Notes: generated by a model from the letters alone, not told the origin. DNA of 64,000 bases from an uncultured Legionellales bacterium (GCA_913045195.1 CAJWQR010000001.1:27702-91701), one strand, 5' to 3'; numbered from the stretch's first letter, positions 8,911 through 19,159 are shown. Translations and numbers: made by a program.

Positions 8911-10284
8911 TTATAAAAATGTAATATCCACCTGGAATAACGATTCAACTTTTGCAACATGTTTTTTATCTGATACGATTAGAATTACATGATCATTAGC
9001 TTCAATAATTGTTTTTTTCTTAACCATTAATACATCGTTGCCACGAACTATCGCAGCAATTGTAGTTCCCTGCGGCAACTCTATATTTTGAATTTTTTTA
9101 CCAACAACTTTGGATGAAGATTCATTTCCATGCGCAATTGCCTCAATTGCTTCAGCAGCACCTCTTCTTAAAGAGTGCACAACCACAACATCTCCTTTTC
9201 TAACATGAGCAAGTAAACTACCTATAGTCGCTTGCTGTGGTGAAATAGCGATATCGATAGTGTTGCTTTGCACAAGGTCAACATAAGCTGCACGATTAAT
9301 TAGTGCCATTACTTTTCTAGCACCAAGTCGTTTTGCGAGCATTGAGGAAATAATATTTACTTCATCGGCATTTGTTAAAGCACAAAATACATCGGAACCA
9401 TCTATATTTTCTTCATTTAGTAATTCTTCATCTGTGGCATCTCCATGTAAGACAATGGTATTTTTTAGTTTTTCTGCTGCATGAGTAGCTTTTTTTTGGT
9501 CCAATTCTAATAATTTTATTTTATATTCATTTTCTAATGATTCTGCTAATCGTAAACCAATATTTCCACCTCCTGATATCATAATATTTTTAAGAGGTTT
9601 GTCTTTAATCCGGATATGTTGTAATAATTTATTCATTGATTTTTGTGAACTAATAAAAAATATTTCATCGTCAGCTTTTATTATAGTATCGCCATTTGGA
9701 ATTATGGGTTTCCCACTGCTGTAAATAATAGCTATTTTGTATTCTATATCTTTAAGTTTGTTTTTTAAGTCACGCAAAGAATTTCCTTCTAATACACCAC
9801 TATAGGAGGCTCGAATAACAACCATTTGTACTTTTCCATCAGCAAAATCGAGAACTTGAAGCGCACCGGGGTGCTTGATTAATTGTTGTATCTGTTCAGT
9901 TACTAATCTATCTGGACTAATAAGAACATCAACTGGTAGGGCTTCTTGAGCAAATAAAGGACTATTTTTGAGATATTCTATTTCTCGAATACGTGCAATT
10001 TTAGTTGGGGTATGAAATAACGTATAAGCAACTTGACAGGCAATCATATTGACTTCATCGCAATTTGTAACAGCCAGTATCATTTCAGCATCTTTTGCGC
10101 CGGCTTTTTCCAGTACCGAGGGATGAGATGCGATCCCGGTAATCGTTCTTAAATCATAACGCTCACTAATTACTTGTAACGCAGAAGGATTAATATCAAC
10201 TAAAGTTATATCATTATCTTCGCTAACAAGATTAGCTGCTACCGATAAACCTACTTGACCTGCTCCGAGGATTATAATTTTCAT
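8911..10284 (-). CDS. trkA: Trk potassium uptake protein TrkA (tandem RCK/NAD-binding domains)
   Basis: 457 aa. Two Rossmann GxGxxG motifs (ILGAGQVG and ISGGGNIG) and the conserved fmt-rsmB-trkA neighbourhood. Confidence 0.92.
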   Translation of the reverse strand: MKIIILGAGQVGLSVAANLVSEDNDITLVDINPSALQVISERYDLRTITGIASHPSVLEKAGAKDAEMILAVTNCDEVNMIACQVAYTLFHTPTKIARIREIEYLKNSPLFAQEALPVDVLISPDRLVTEQIQQLIKHPGALQVLDFADGKVQMVVIRASYSGVLEGNSLRDLKNKLKDIEYKIAIIYSSGKPIIPNGDTIIKADDEIFFISSQKSMNKLLQHIRIKDKPLKNIMISGGGNIGLRLAESLENEYKIKLLELDQKKATHAAEKLKNTIVLHGDATDEELLNEENIDGSDVFCALTNADEVNIISSMLAKRLGARKVMALINRAAYVDLVQSNTIDIAISPQQATIGSLLAHVRKGDVVVVHSLRRGAAEAIEAIAHGNESSSKVVGKKIQNIELPQGTTIAAIVRGNDVLMVKKKTIIEANDHVILIVSDKKHVAKVESLFQVDITFL

Positions 10285-11639
10285 TTTAAATTAATTCCCA
10301 GTGTTTTAAGTTTTCTATAAAGGTGTGTTCGTTCAATACCAATCTGATTTGCTAATTTACTAACATTACCATTTGCTTTTTCTAACTGATATATGAGATA
10401 TGCCTTTTCAAATTCCTCTCTTGCATCACGTAACGGCAGATCTAAATTAAAGACTTCCGTATTATATTCTTTTTGTGGAATTTTTATTTTTCCTAGATAA
10501 GATTCAATTTCGTCTATATTAATAATTTCTTCTGTTCCTAAAATCAATAAACGCTGAACAAGATTTTTTAATTCACTTTCGTTACCAGGCCATTTATAAC
10601 TTCGTAAACGATTTTGAGCAGAAACACTAAACTTTCTATATGGTAAAGATTCTATTTGTATGAATTGATTAACGTAGTATTCAAGCAATTCAGGAATATC
10701 TTCATAATGTTCATGTAATGATGGAATATTTATTGGTAACACATTCAACAAATAATATAACTCATCTATGAATTGTCCTTTTTTAATCATTGATTCAGCA
10801 TCATAACGTGTTGCAGCAATAATTCTTAAATCTAGATTTACACGTTCAGAACTTCCAGTACGTATATATTGTTTTGTTTTTAATACATCAAGAAGGCGTG
10901 ATTGAAGTGTTATACTTAGGTCTCCAATATCATTAATATACAATACTCCTTCCATTGCATTGTCCAGATAACCCTCTTGTATTTGATTATTCGCCATAAA
11001 ACCAAATAATTCGTTTTGGAAATTTTCTTCATTTAGTGTTGAAACATTTACAGTAACGAACGGCTTATCAGAACGCGAACTAAGTGAGTGCAGATATCTA
11101 GCGAGCATTTCTTTATTTGTTCCAGATTCTCCTCTCATTAAAATATATGCATCATGCTCTGCAATTCTTAACAATTGAGATTTTAATTCATGAATTAGTT
11201 TGCTTTTGCCAATGGGTTCAAGCTTTGAAAATGTGATTTGATTTAGTTTTAAGTTTTCACTTTTTAGTGAAGAGGTTTCTAACGCATGTTTAATTGTAAG
11301 TAATAATTTGGCAGTGGAAAGTGGTTTTTCTATAAAATCATAGGCACCACTACGCGTTGCTTCTACAGCTGTCTCGACATTTCCATGCCCAGACATCATT
11401 ATAATAGGAATTTCATGACCGAATGTATTTTTCCACTCCTTTAGTAAAGTAATACCATCAATATCCGGCATCCAGATATCAAGTAAAATTAAATCAGGCT
11501 TAGTCTTTTCAATTAGTTGCCGAGCTATTACCCCATTCTCAGCTACATTTACTTCGAACCCCTCATCCTCAAGAATTTCTTGAACCAGATTACGTATATC
11601 AGGCTCGTCATCAACAATAAGAATGCGTCGTTTACTCAT
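10281..11639 (-). CDS. NtrC/NtrX-family response regulator (receiver, degenerate AAA+ sigma54-interaction domain, Fis-type HTH)
   Basis: Receiver domain (ILIVDDEP, LILLDIWMPDIDG), a central AAA+ domain and a C-terminal HTH (VSKLANQIGIERTHLYRKL). Walker A reads GESGTNKE, Walker B reads LYINDIGDL, and no GAFTGA motif is present. A 4-nt overlap with trkA implies co-transcription. Confidence 0.85.
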   Translation of the reverse strand: MSKRRILIVDDEPDIRNLVQEILEDEGFEVNVAENGVIARQLIEKTKPDLILLDIWMPDIDGITLLKEWKNTFGHEIPIIMMSGHGNVETAVEATRSGAYDFIEKPLSTAKLLLTIKHALETSSLKSENLKLNQITFSKLEPIGKSKLIHELKSQLLRIAEHDAYILMRGESGTNKEMLARYLHSLSSRSDKPFVTVNVSTLNEENFQNELFGFMANNQIQEGYLDNAMEGVLYINDIGDLSITLQSRLLDVLKTKQYIRTGSSERVNLDLRIIAATRYDAESMIKKGQFIDELYYLLNVLPINIPSLHEHYEDIPELLEYYVNQFIQIESLPYRKFSVSAQNRLRSYKWPGNESELKNLVQRLLILGTEEIINIDEIESYLGKIKIPQKEYNTEVFNLDLPLRDAREEFEKAYLIYQLEKANGNVSKLANQIGIERTHLYRKLKTLGINLK

Positions 11640-11672
11640 TTGAATTTAATTTTTTATATTTTATTAAATAAA

Positions 11673-13847
11673 TTAATTTACCGGCAACCTTATTACAGCA
11701 CATGCCCCATCTTCTTCTTTATTGTTTTCGAGCCAAAAAGTGCCCGAATGTTCATCAATAATTTTCTTCACTATAGCTAGTCCTAATCCAGTTCCTTTCT
11801 CTTTAGTTGTTATATAGGGTTCAAGTAAGTTATTTTCAACTAGCGGATCAATCCCAGGACCGCTATCAATTACACGTATTTCAATTATTTCATTATCCTC
11901 AATATTTACTGTTTTAGCACTTATTTTCAGTAAATTATGGGCGCCTATTGAGTTTGCATCAACTGCATTTGCTAAGACATTATTTAACACCCGTCTTAAT
12001 TTTTTCTCATCACCATGAATTTTTGGAAGATTTGTTTTTATATCCATTTTAATTTTATTCCCGCAATTCATATTGCTGAACAAATCAACACCCTCTTGCA
12101 GTAAGTTTATAATTTCTATCTCTTCTTCTTTAAATTCTGCCGGTCGAGCATAGTCAGAAAAATCATTTACCATATCTTTCATTGTTTCAACTTGTTGTAT
12201 GATTGTATTTGTCATTCTATCTAACGTTTCAACATTATTTGTATCTAAACTTGAAAGATATTTACTCCTTAATCGTTCAGCAGCTAGTTGAATTGGTGTA
12301 AGGGGATTTTTAATTTCATGAGCTAAGCGGCGAGCTACTTCACTCCAAGCGGCATCTCGTTGCCCTTGAATTAAAGCAGTAATTTCATCAAAGACTACTA
12401 TATGTTTAATTTTCGAATTATCAGAACTCGTCAGTACCGTACCATTGATCAATAAAATCTGATTACCCGTTTTTTTAGACAAAATAATTTGTTCACGCCA
12501 ATCATTAGTTTTTTCATTAATATTATTTGAAATACATTCAAAAAAGTTTTTTAATTTTGAAAAATTATTTATTAGATCATTAATATTTTTTTGATTAAGG
12601 ATAGTTACTTCTATTTGTAATATTTGAGCTGCACTAATATTTGACTTTTCAATTTTTCCATCTTTATTGAAGACAATAACTCCAGATGAGAGTCTAGATA
12701 GAATTGTTTCAAGATAAATTTGTTGCGACTCTGATTCTTTCTGACTATTTTTAGCAGTGTCTCTTGCTTGGGATATTTTATCGGTCATATCATTGAATGA
12801 TGCTACAAGAAATCCCAATTCGTCATTACTAGGTACAGGCAATTTTGTATTATAATTACCTTTTGCGATAGCACGTGTTCCTTGAGCTAAATCCTTGATT
12901 GGCGCTGCTAATGTTCGAGCTGAATAAAATGCTGCCCAGACCGCACTAAATACACTGAATAGTAAAACCAAAGTTAGTATTATTATAAAACTAAATTTTA
13001 GCTGTTCTCGGAGATACGATAATTCTTTATATTCAATAAAAGAAGTTTGCACATTCGCAGAAAGCCGATTCATTCTTTCTGACATTGGAAATAATGCTTG
13101 TATAATTTTTTCTGTGTTTCCAATCCCAATCATTGGGACGTTGACAACGGCTCTAATCACAAGACCTTTATTTTTAACTAAGTCAATCCCAATGTAACTA
13201 TTATTTTGTATTAATTGAAGTAATATTGTTTCTTCTAGCGTATCAGGAACAAGACTTTTCGTATCTTCAGAACTCGAAACAACAATTGCCCCTTTTCTAG
13301 TTAGTAAAGTTAATTCATCGGCATTAATGCGATCTCTAATTAGATCAATACGAGATGGTAGTTCGACATCATTAGCATCACTTAATTCTTCTGCAATTTT
13401 TTCTGTAGTTTTCAGAAGTTCACGCATTCTAACATCCAAAGCTAGACGACTTAATTCAAGTGAATCGTCGAGAGCCTGCTCAATCCTTAAATCAAACCAA
13501 CTATCGATTCCACGATGTAAAAAGTCTAAAGAAAAATAATAAACTATTAATACTGGCGTTACCGAGAGTAAAGAAAATAGAATAACAATTCTAATTGTCA
13601 TTCGAGACCCGATTACCCGGTTTTTTAATTGACGTATAAGACGTTTTAAGTTGAGAATAATTAATATACTTAGACTAATTAATCCTAAAGCATTGAATAA
13701 AAGCAGGCCTAAATAGAAACGATCAAACAACTCTGAATTTTGTAGGCTTTTACTCATCATCAAAAGCGATGAAAGCATAAAAATAAATAAGCATAAGCCT
13801 ATAAATGTTATTAATTTCTCACCCTTTTTCATTTTTATATTTCCCAC
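11673..13847 (-). CDS. NtrY-like sensor histidine kinase (multi-TM, HAMP, PAS, HisKA, HATPase_c)
   Basis: 724 aa. N-terminal transmembrane helices, the H-box RRLAHEIKNPLTPIQLAAERL, N box NVLANAVDA, G1 IDSGPGI and G2 GTGLGLAIV. Confidence 0.85.
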   Translation of the reverse strand: MGNIKMKKGEKLITFIGLCLFIFMLSSLLMMSKSLQNSELFDRFYLGLLLFNALGLISLSILIILNLKRLIRQLKNRVIGSRMTIRIVILFSLLSVTPVLIVYYFSLDFLHRGIDSWFDLRIEQALDDSLELSRLALDVRMRELLKTTEKIAEELSDANDVELPSRIDLIRDRINADELTLLTRKGAIVVSSSEDTKSLVPDTLEETILLQLIQNNSYIGIDLVKNKGLVIRAVVNVPMIGIGNTEKIIQALFPMSERMNRLSANVQTSFIEYKELSYLREQLKFSFIIILTLVLLFSVFSAVWAAFYSARTLAAPIKDLAQGTRAIAKGNYNTKLPVPSNDELGFLVASFNDMTDKISQARDTAKNSQKESESQQIYLETILSRLSSGVIVFNKDGKIEKSNISAAQILQIEVTILNQKNINDLINNFSKLKNFFECISNNINEKTNDWREQIILSKKTGNQILLINGTVLTSSDNSKIKHIVVFDEITALIQGQRDAAWSEVARRLAHEIKNPLTPIQLAAERLRSKYLSSLDTNNVETLDRMTNTIIQQVETMKDMVNDFSDYARPAEFKEEEIEIINLLQEGVDLFSNMNCGNKIKMDIKTNLPKIHGDEKKLRRVLNNVLANAVDANSIGAHNLLKISAKTVNIEDNEIIEIRVIDSGPGIDPLVENNLLEPYITTKEKGTGLGLAIVKKIIDEHSGTFWLENNKEEDGACAVIRLPVN

Positions 13848-14395
13848 TTATACCATTGACTCGAAATATTCCAATCTGATGAAAAATATGCACGAGGTCT
13901 TAGAGGACTTGGTAATGAGTCTATATCAAGATACAGACGAATTCTCGCTAAGTAGTTTATATTTTTCTGTAATTTACTTTGTTTGAATAATTTCATCTTA
14001 GATATTTTACTAATTGCATTTATAGCGGCATCAAGATTCTTATAATAATTTACTATTCCAGTATTCATATTAGTTATTAAGAAGTTTTCGGTTAATGGTT
14101 TATGCTCAAGTTTATGTATTATTTTTTTCTCAAATATGATTTTATTCCAAAACCATTTTTGTTTTATAAGTAATTGGAAATCTGTATGTATTTCGAATGA
14201 AATTCCTTGTCGTAGCGCTTTATATGCTTCTTTTGATAAATAAAATTCGGAGGATGAATCTAAGTAAAAGATATCATTATCAATATAAGTACTTGCTGAG
14301 TTTATATTCACACTCTCGGCATGAATTAATCTATTTGTAAATATTATTAATATAATAATACAAATTAAACCTACTTTTTTTATTCTAATTAACAT
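13835..14395 (-). CDS. DUF4390-family secreted protein (signal peptide)
   Basis: 186 aa with an N-terminal signal sequence. It sits between rsmB and the NtrY-like kinase, as DUF4390 does in rsmB-DUF4390-ntrY-ntrX clusters of other proteobacteria. Confidence 0.55.
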   Translation of the reverse strand: MLIRIKKVGLICIIILIIFTNRLIHAESVNINSASTYIDNDIFYLDSSSEFYLSKEAYKALRQGISFEIHTDFQLLIKQKWFWNKIIFEKKIIHKLEHKPLTENFLITNMNTGIVNYYKNLDAAINAISKISKMKLFKQSKLQKNINYLARIRLYLDIDSLPSPLRPRAYFSSDWNISSQWYKWEI

Positions 14396-15723
14396 TTAAT
14401 ATTTTTTTTAAGACACGCATAGAAGAAACCATCCATATTATCTTGTCCAGATAAAATTTGTCTGCCATAACCAGTATCAAAACCCCATTTTGTTATAATT
14501 GGTTTAAGGTTGCATTCAGAATGCTTCTTTATAAATTTTTTTATTAAATTGCTATTTTCTTGATTAAGAACAGAGCAAGTTGCATATACAAGTAAGCCAT
14601 TATTTTTAAGTGTACTCCAGAGTGTTGCCAGAAGTTTCATTTGTAATTTATTAATTGCGGTTATTTCATCCATTGTTCTTAATAGTTTTATATCTGGATG
14701 TCTACGTATTACTCCAGTTGCAGAACAAGGCGCATCAAATAAAATTCGATCAAATTTTTTTCCATTCCACCAGGCATCAATATTTACTATATTCTCTACT
14801 TTTATATTTGCGTGTAATTTAAGCCTATCTAAAGTACCGTGAAGTTTCTCAGCACGAATTTTATCTTTTTCTATAGCTGTTAGAGTCTTTATTTTTGGCT
14901 CTGATTCAAGAATATGTGCGCTTTTCCCTCCTGGAGCAGCACAAGCATCAAGAACATTATGGTTAGGTTTCAAATCAAGTAGTTCAACTGCAAGTTGAGC
15001 AGCAAGATCTTGAATAGAAATATCGCCTTGAGCAAACCCTGGTAATTTTTCTATGCTTGTAGGTTCTTCAAGTAAAATACCATTAGATGAGTAGTTCGTT
15101 TTCCCCCCGGTAATACCTACTTTTTTTAGTTTAATTAAGTATTCTTCTCTATTATTTTGGAGTTGATTAACTCGAAGAAACATTGGCGGACGCTCATTAT
15201 TTGCGATTAATATATTATTCCAGTCATTAGGCCAATCCCCTTTAATTTTCTCTATTAACCATTCAGGGTGCGCCAGCTTTATTAATTCATTTTTGCTAAT
15301 TTTAGAGTTTAGGTTTTTTGTTTCCCTAAGATATTTCCTCAATATTGCATTGATTAAACCTTTTGCCCATCCCATGTTTATTTTTACACATATTTCAACA
15401 GTTTCTGACACAACAGCATGACTAGGGATTCTCATATACATTAATTGATAAAGACCTATTATTATTAAATATTTGAGGAGCCGATCTTTCTTTTTTATAC
15501 GCTTTTCAATTAATTGATTAAGAATATATTCAAGCTGTATATACCAACGTAACGTCCCATAAAGCATCTCCTGAATCAGGGCTTTATCCTTCCTGATTTT
15601 TTTTAAAATTTCATTATTATTAATTGCTATTTTTAGTGGTATATTTTTTTCTAAAACTTCTTCAATTATTTGAAGAGCAATTAAGCGGGGAGATATAACA
15701 GGTTTTGGTTTATTATTTATCAA
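14389..15723 (-). CDS. rsmB: 16S rRNA (cytosine967-C5)-methyltransferase RsmB (Sun)
   Basis: NusB-like N-terminal domain followed by a Fmu/NOL1 methyltransferase domain (DACAAPGGKS, FDAPCSATGV). The 11-nt overlap with fmt is typical. Confidence 0.9.
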   Translation of the reverse strand: MINNKPKPVISPRLIALQIIEEVLEKNIPLKIAINNNEILKKIRKDKALIQEMLYGTLRWYIQLEYILNQLIEKRIKKKDRLLKYLIIIGLYQLMYMRIPSHAVVSETVEICVKINMGWAKGLINAILRKYLRETKNLNSKISKNELIKLAHPEWLIEKIKGDWPNDWNNILIANNERPPMFLRVNQLQNNREEYLIKLKKVGITGGKTNYSSNGILLEEPTSIEKLPGFAQGDISIQDLAAQLAVELLDLKPNHNVLDACAAPGGKSAHILESEPKIKTLTAIEKDKIRAEKLHGTLDRLKLHANIKVENIVNIDAWWNGKKFDRILFDAPCSATGVIRRHPDIKLLRTMDEITAINKLQMKLLATLWSTLKNNGLLVYATCSVLNQENSNLIKKFIKKHSECNLKPIITKWGFDTGYGRQILSGQDNMDGFFYACLKKNIKC

Positions 15724-16651
15724 GTTTATTGCTTATAAAATCAGCATGACCATTTAGAAAATCTTTTGCTAAAATTATTTTTTTCCCAGGCAATTGTAAT
15801 TTAGTTATTGAAAGCAGATCTTGACTAGTTACTACATCCAGTGTCGATTTTTCACTTAGTATAGTTCCCGGCTTGAACTTATTAGTAGCAGGTTTTATTT
15901 TTGCTTCCCATACTCTCATAGTAATACCTTTGAGTGTTGTATGCGCTATAGGACTCGGGTTATAAGCACGAATCTTTCTCTCTAATTCTTTTGCTGGCCT
16001 GTTCCAGTCTAATTTCGCATCTTGTTTACTGATTTTTTTTGCATAGGTAGCTTTTGAATCATCCTGTTTTATCGCATTTATTTTTCTCGATGCAATTTTT
16101 TCAAGAGCATCGTGAATATTTGCTGCACTAATATCCGCTAATCTAGCGTGTAAACTACCACTTGTATCTTGATTACTTATTGGGCAAACAATTTGTTTTA
16201 AAATTGGCCCTGTATCTAGATTTTTGTCCATTTGTGTAATTGTTATGCCAGTTTTTTTATCGCCCGCCTCAATAGCTCGTTGAATCGGAGCAGCACCACG
16301 CCAATGTGGTAGTAATGAAGTGTGTATGTTTATACAACCAAATTTTGGTTTCGCTAAAGCTTTTGGTGTGAGCAATAAGCCATAAGCAACAACCAATAAT
16401 AAATCGTAATTTTCTAAATAATAGGATTCAAGGTCTCGAGAATTTTCTGGCTGGAAAGTCTGAATATTATTTTCAATCGCACATATTTTTACTTCACTTT
16501 GTTTAATTTTATGACCTCTCCCCGCGGGCCGATCGGGTTTGGTAAAAACAATCCCAATATTATGTTGGTTAGTATCAATAAGAGATTTTAGAACTATTCG
16601 AGCAAGTTCAGGAGTTCCAGCAAACGCTAGCTTTAATTTGGCATGGTTCAC
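15713..16651 (-). CDS. fmt: methionyl-tRNA formyltransferase
   Basis: 312 aa. Formyltransferase N-domain with HTSLLPHWRGAAPIQRAI. ATGA overlap with def. Confidence 0.93.
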   Translation of the reverse strand: MNHAKLKLAFAGTPELARIVLKSLIDTNQHNIGIVFTKPDRPAGRGHKIKQSEVKICAIENNIQTFQPENSRDLESYYLENYDLLLVVAYGLLLTPKALAKPKFGCINIHTSLLPHWRGAAPIQRAIEAGDKKTGITITQMDKNLDTGPILKQIVCPISNQDTSGSLHARLADISAANIHDALEKIASRKINAIKQDDSKATYAKKISKQDAKLDWNRPAKELERKIRAYNPSPIAHTTLKGITMRVWEAKIKPATNKFKPGTILSEKSTLDVVTSQDLLSITKLQLPGKKIILAKDFLNGHADFISNKLDK

Positions 16652-17208
16652 AATATTTTATTAAGAGACTTACCTTTTTTAAGCAATCGTTTTGAGCTTT
16701 CGGAATGGTGCTTTTCTATTCTTTGTTTACGTATTTTTTTCTTGAGGCGATTACGTTTGAGCGGAGATAGATAATCGATGAATAATTTGCCATTTAAATG
16801 GTCGATTTCATGTTGTATACAAATTGCTAATAGACCATCAACAATTTTTGTAATAACCTGATTTTCAAGTGTTCTGTAACTGAACTCAATGTTTTTTGCA
16901 CGTTCAACAATATCAAAATAATCAGGAACAGATAGACAGCCTTCCTGCGTTGTTTCTTTTCCTTCTAATTTTGATATTTCAGGATTAATTAAAATTATTG
17001 GCTTATTTCTGCTTTCGGATAGGTCAATTACGACAATTCTTTTTTGTATGTTGACTTGAGTCGCGGCTAAGCCAATACCACCCTCTATGTACATTGTTTC
17101 GAGCATATTTTCCGCGATATTATTTATTTTTGAGGTAATTTCTTTCACTGGAGAGGCTTTCAAACGAAGTCTTTCGTCTGGAAAATGCAAAACTTTAAGT
17201 ATTGTCAT
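16648..17208 (-). CDS. def: peptide deformylase
   Basis: All three PDF motifs (GIGLAATQ, EGCLSVP, HEIDHLNG). 186 aa with a lysine-rich C-terminal tail about 17 aa longer than the 169-aa E. coli enzyme. Confidence 0.93.
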   Translation of the reverse strand: MTILKVLHFPDERLRLKASPVKEITSKINNIAENMLETMYIEGGIGLAATQVNIQKRIVVIDLSESRNKPIILINPEISKLEGKETTQEGCLSVPDYFDIVERAKNIEFSYRTLENQVITKIVDGLLAICIQHEIDHLNGKLFIDYLSPLKRNRLKKKIRKQRIEKHHSESSKRLLKKGKSLNKIL

Positions 17209-17362
17209 GACAATTTCTACCCTAAAATCTTTATAACTAACTGATAGTATACAGGAAAATCATTTTTCTTCGATTAGAGACTCAAACAAAATATTTATCT
17301 TACTGACATTTTACTCAGCTTTTTGATAATCTACATCTGATAGATTACGTAAGGTAATAGAC

Positions 17363-18601
17363 ATGCTTAATAAGATTCTAATTTCATTCGTAATTTTGTT
17401 ACTATTTTTTAGTGCAAATGCAGACGAATTAAAGCTCAACCCTGAGCATCCGGGAGAATATACGGTTGTTAAGGGGGATACGCTTTGGGATATATCAGCG
17501 CGCTTTTTAAAGCAACCATGGCGCTGGCTGGAAATTTGGGGAGTGAATCCACAGATAAAAAACCCACATTTAATTTATCCTGGAGATGTAGTTTCTCTCA
17601 GTTTTAAAGATGGTAAACCAGTTTTAAATCTTGAGCGAGCTGGGCAAGTAACAGTTGGAAGAAACGTAAAACTTTCTCCTACCATACGTAGTTCTGAGAA
17701 TATTGACGCTATACCTGCTATTCCCATTGACGCAATTCAACAATTTTTAATGTGGCCAATAATTCTTGAAGAAGACGAAATGGATGATTGGCCTTATGTT
17801 GTCTCAAGCTATGATGGTCATCTAATAGCTGCGGAGAATAATATAATTTACATTCGAGGTCTGCCAGATGATTCAGGCACAAAAGAATATTCCATATATC
17901 GTAAAGGACAGGCTTATAAAAATGTAAAAAAAGATAAGGATGAAGAAGATGAAGTGCTTGGGTACGAAGCAATATACATAGGTCAGGCAGTCATGCAAAG
18001 AAAAGGCGACCCCGCTTCGGCTGTAGTAACTTCAGTTGATCGTGAGGTGTTAGTAGGGGACCGATTAGTCCCTAATACTGACGGAGATATGAGTATAGAG
18101 TTTCTTCCAGGTCCGACTAAAACTAAAGTTGAAGGCAGTATTCTATCTGTTTTGACTGGTATATCGCAGTTAGGCGGTGTAGCACAGATAGGTCAATATC
18201 AAGTTGTGGTTCTTAACATTGGCGAAAATAATGGAATTGAGCCAGGCAATGTGCTTGGAATATTTCAAAATAATTTTAAGGTAAAAGATTCAATAGGGAT
18301 AAACAAACCAGAAGCTCTAGAAAAGGAAGACGCAAAGAGAATAAAATTTGAACGCGAAGATGCTAATCTTTTTGATCGGGAACTAAGCAAATTGGTAAAT
18401 ACGATTAGAGGGGCAATTATAAAGTTTGATAAAAAGTTTCCTACATTCGCTAACAGAAAAGTCAGTTCGGAAGCTATTACACTACCTGAAGAGCACGTTG
18501 GTGTTATGATGGTTTTTAGAACTTTTAAGAAGATTAGTTATGCTTTAGTTATGGAAACTAGTGGCCCAGTACATATTTTTGATGCAGTAAGGAGTTTGTA
18601 A
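17363..18601 (+). CDS. LysM peptidoglycan-binding domain protein (TsaP-like, secreted)
   Basis: Signal peptide then a LysM domain (YTVVKGDTLWDISARFL...PGDVV). Divergent from def, as in Pseudomonas PA0020-type loci. Confidence 0.7.
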   Translation: MLNKILISFVILLLFFSANADELKLNPEHPGEYTVVKGDTLWDISARFLKQPWRWLEIWGVNPQIKNPHLIYPGDVVSLSFKDGKPVLNLERAGQVTVGRNVKLSPTIRSSENIDAIPAIPIDAIQQFLMWPIILEEDEMDDWPYVVSSYDGHLIAAENNIIYIRGLPDDSGTKEYSIYRKGQAYKNVKKDKDEEDEVLGYEAIYIGQAVMQRKGDPASAVVTSVDREVLVGDRLVPNTDGDMSIEFLPGPTKTKVEGSILSVLTGISQLGGVAQIGQYQVVVLNIGENNGIEPGNVLGIFQNNFKVKDSIGINKPEALEKEDAKRIKFEREDANLFDRELSKLVNTIRGAIIKFDKKFPTFANRKVSSEAITLPEEHVGVMMVFRTFKKISYALVMETSGPVHIFDAVRSL

Positions 18602-18682
18602 ATATTATTAGCGTTTAATATATACTTCAATATGGCTAACGTATGGCATTAATTTTATTTTAATCATTGAGACAGACTTCTT

Positions 18683-19159
18683 ATGAAAGAATCAGTTTTA
18701 GATGTGCTCATATACTTATTCGATCATTACGTTGAGCAGGAGCTTGAGATAATACCGAATCAAAAAGATTTAAAGAGTCAGTTAAATCAAGCTGGCTTTG
18801 CTGATATGCAAATTGATAAAGCAATTAATTGGCTAGAAGGTCTTGCTGTAAAAAAAGATGAGTTTGATGTTGGTATTGTTCATTCAAGATCGACACGAGT
18901 ATTTAGCAGTATTGAAAATGAAAAGCTTGATGTTGAGTGTAAAGGTTTTTTGATTTTTCTTGAACAATCCGGAGTGCTTGATTCTGAAGATCGGGAGCTC
19001 GTTATTGACAGAGTAATGGCTCTTGAAACTGAAACTATAGAATTGCAACAGCTTAAATGGGTTGTTCTAATGGTTTTATTTAACAGGCCCGGCAAAGAAG
19101 CAGCTTTCGCCTGGATGGAAGATATTATCTTAGACGAGGTTAGCGCTGTAGTTCATTAG
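18683..19159 (+). CDS. smg: Smg protein (DUF494)
   Basis: 158 aa with E. coli Smg-like motifs (VLDVLIYLFDHY, CKGFLIFLEQ, LKWVVLMVLFN). Confidence 0.8.
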   Translation: MKESVLDVLIYLFDHYVEQELEIIPNQKDLKSQLNQAGFADMQIDKAINWLEGLAVKKDEFDVGIVHSRSTRVFSSIENEKLDVECKGFLIFLEQSGVLDSEDRELVIDRVMALETETIELQQLKWVVLMVLFNRPGKEAAFAWMEDIILDEVSAVVH

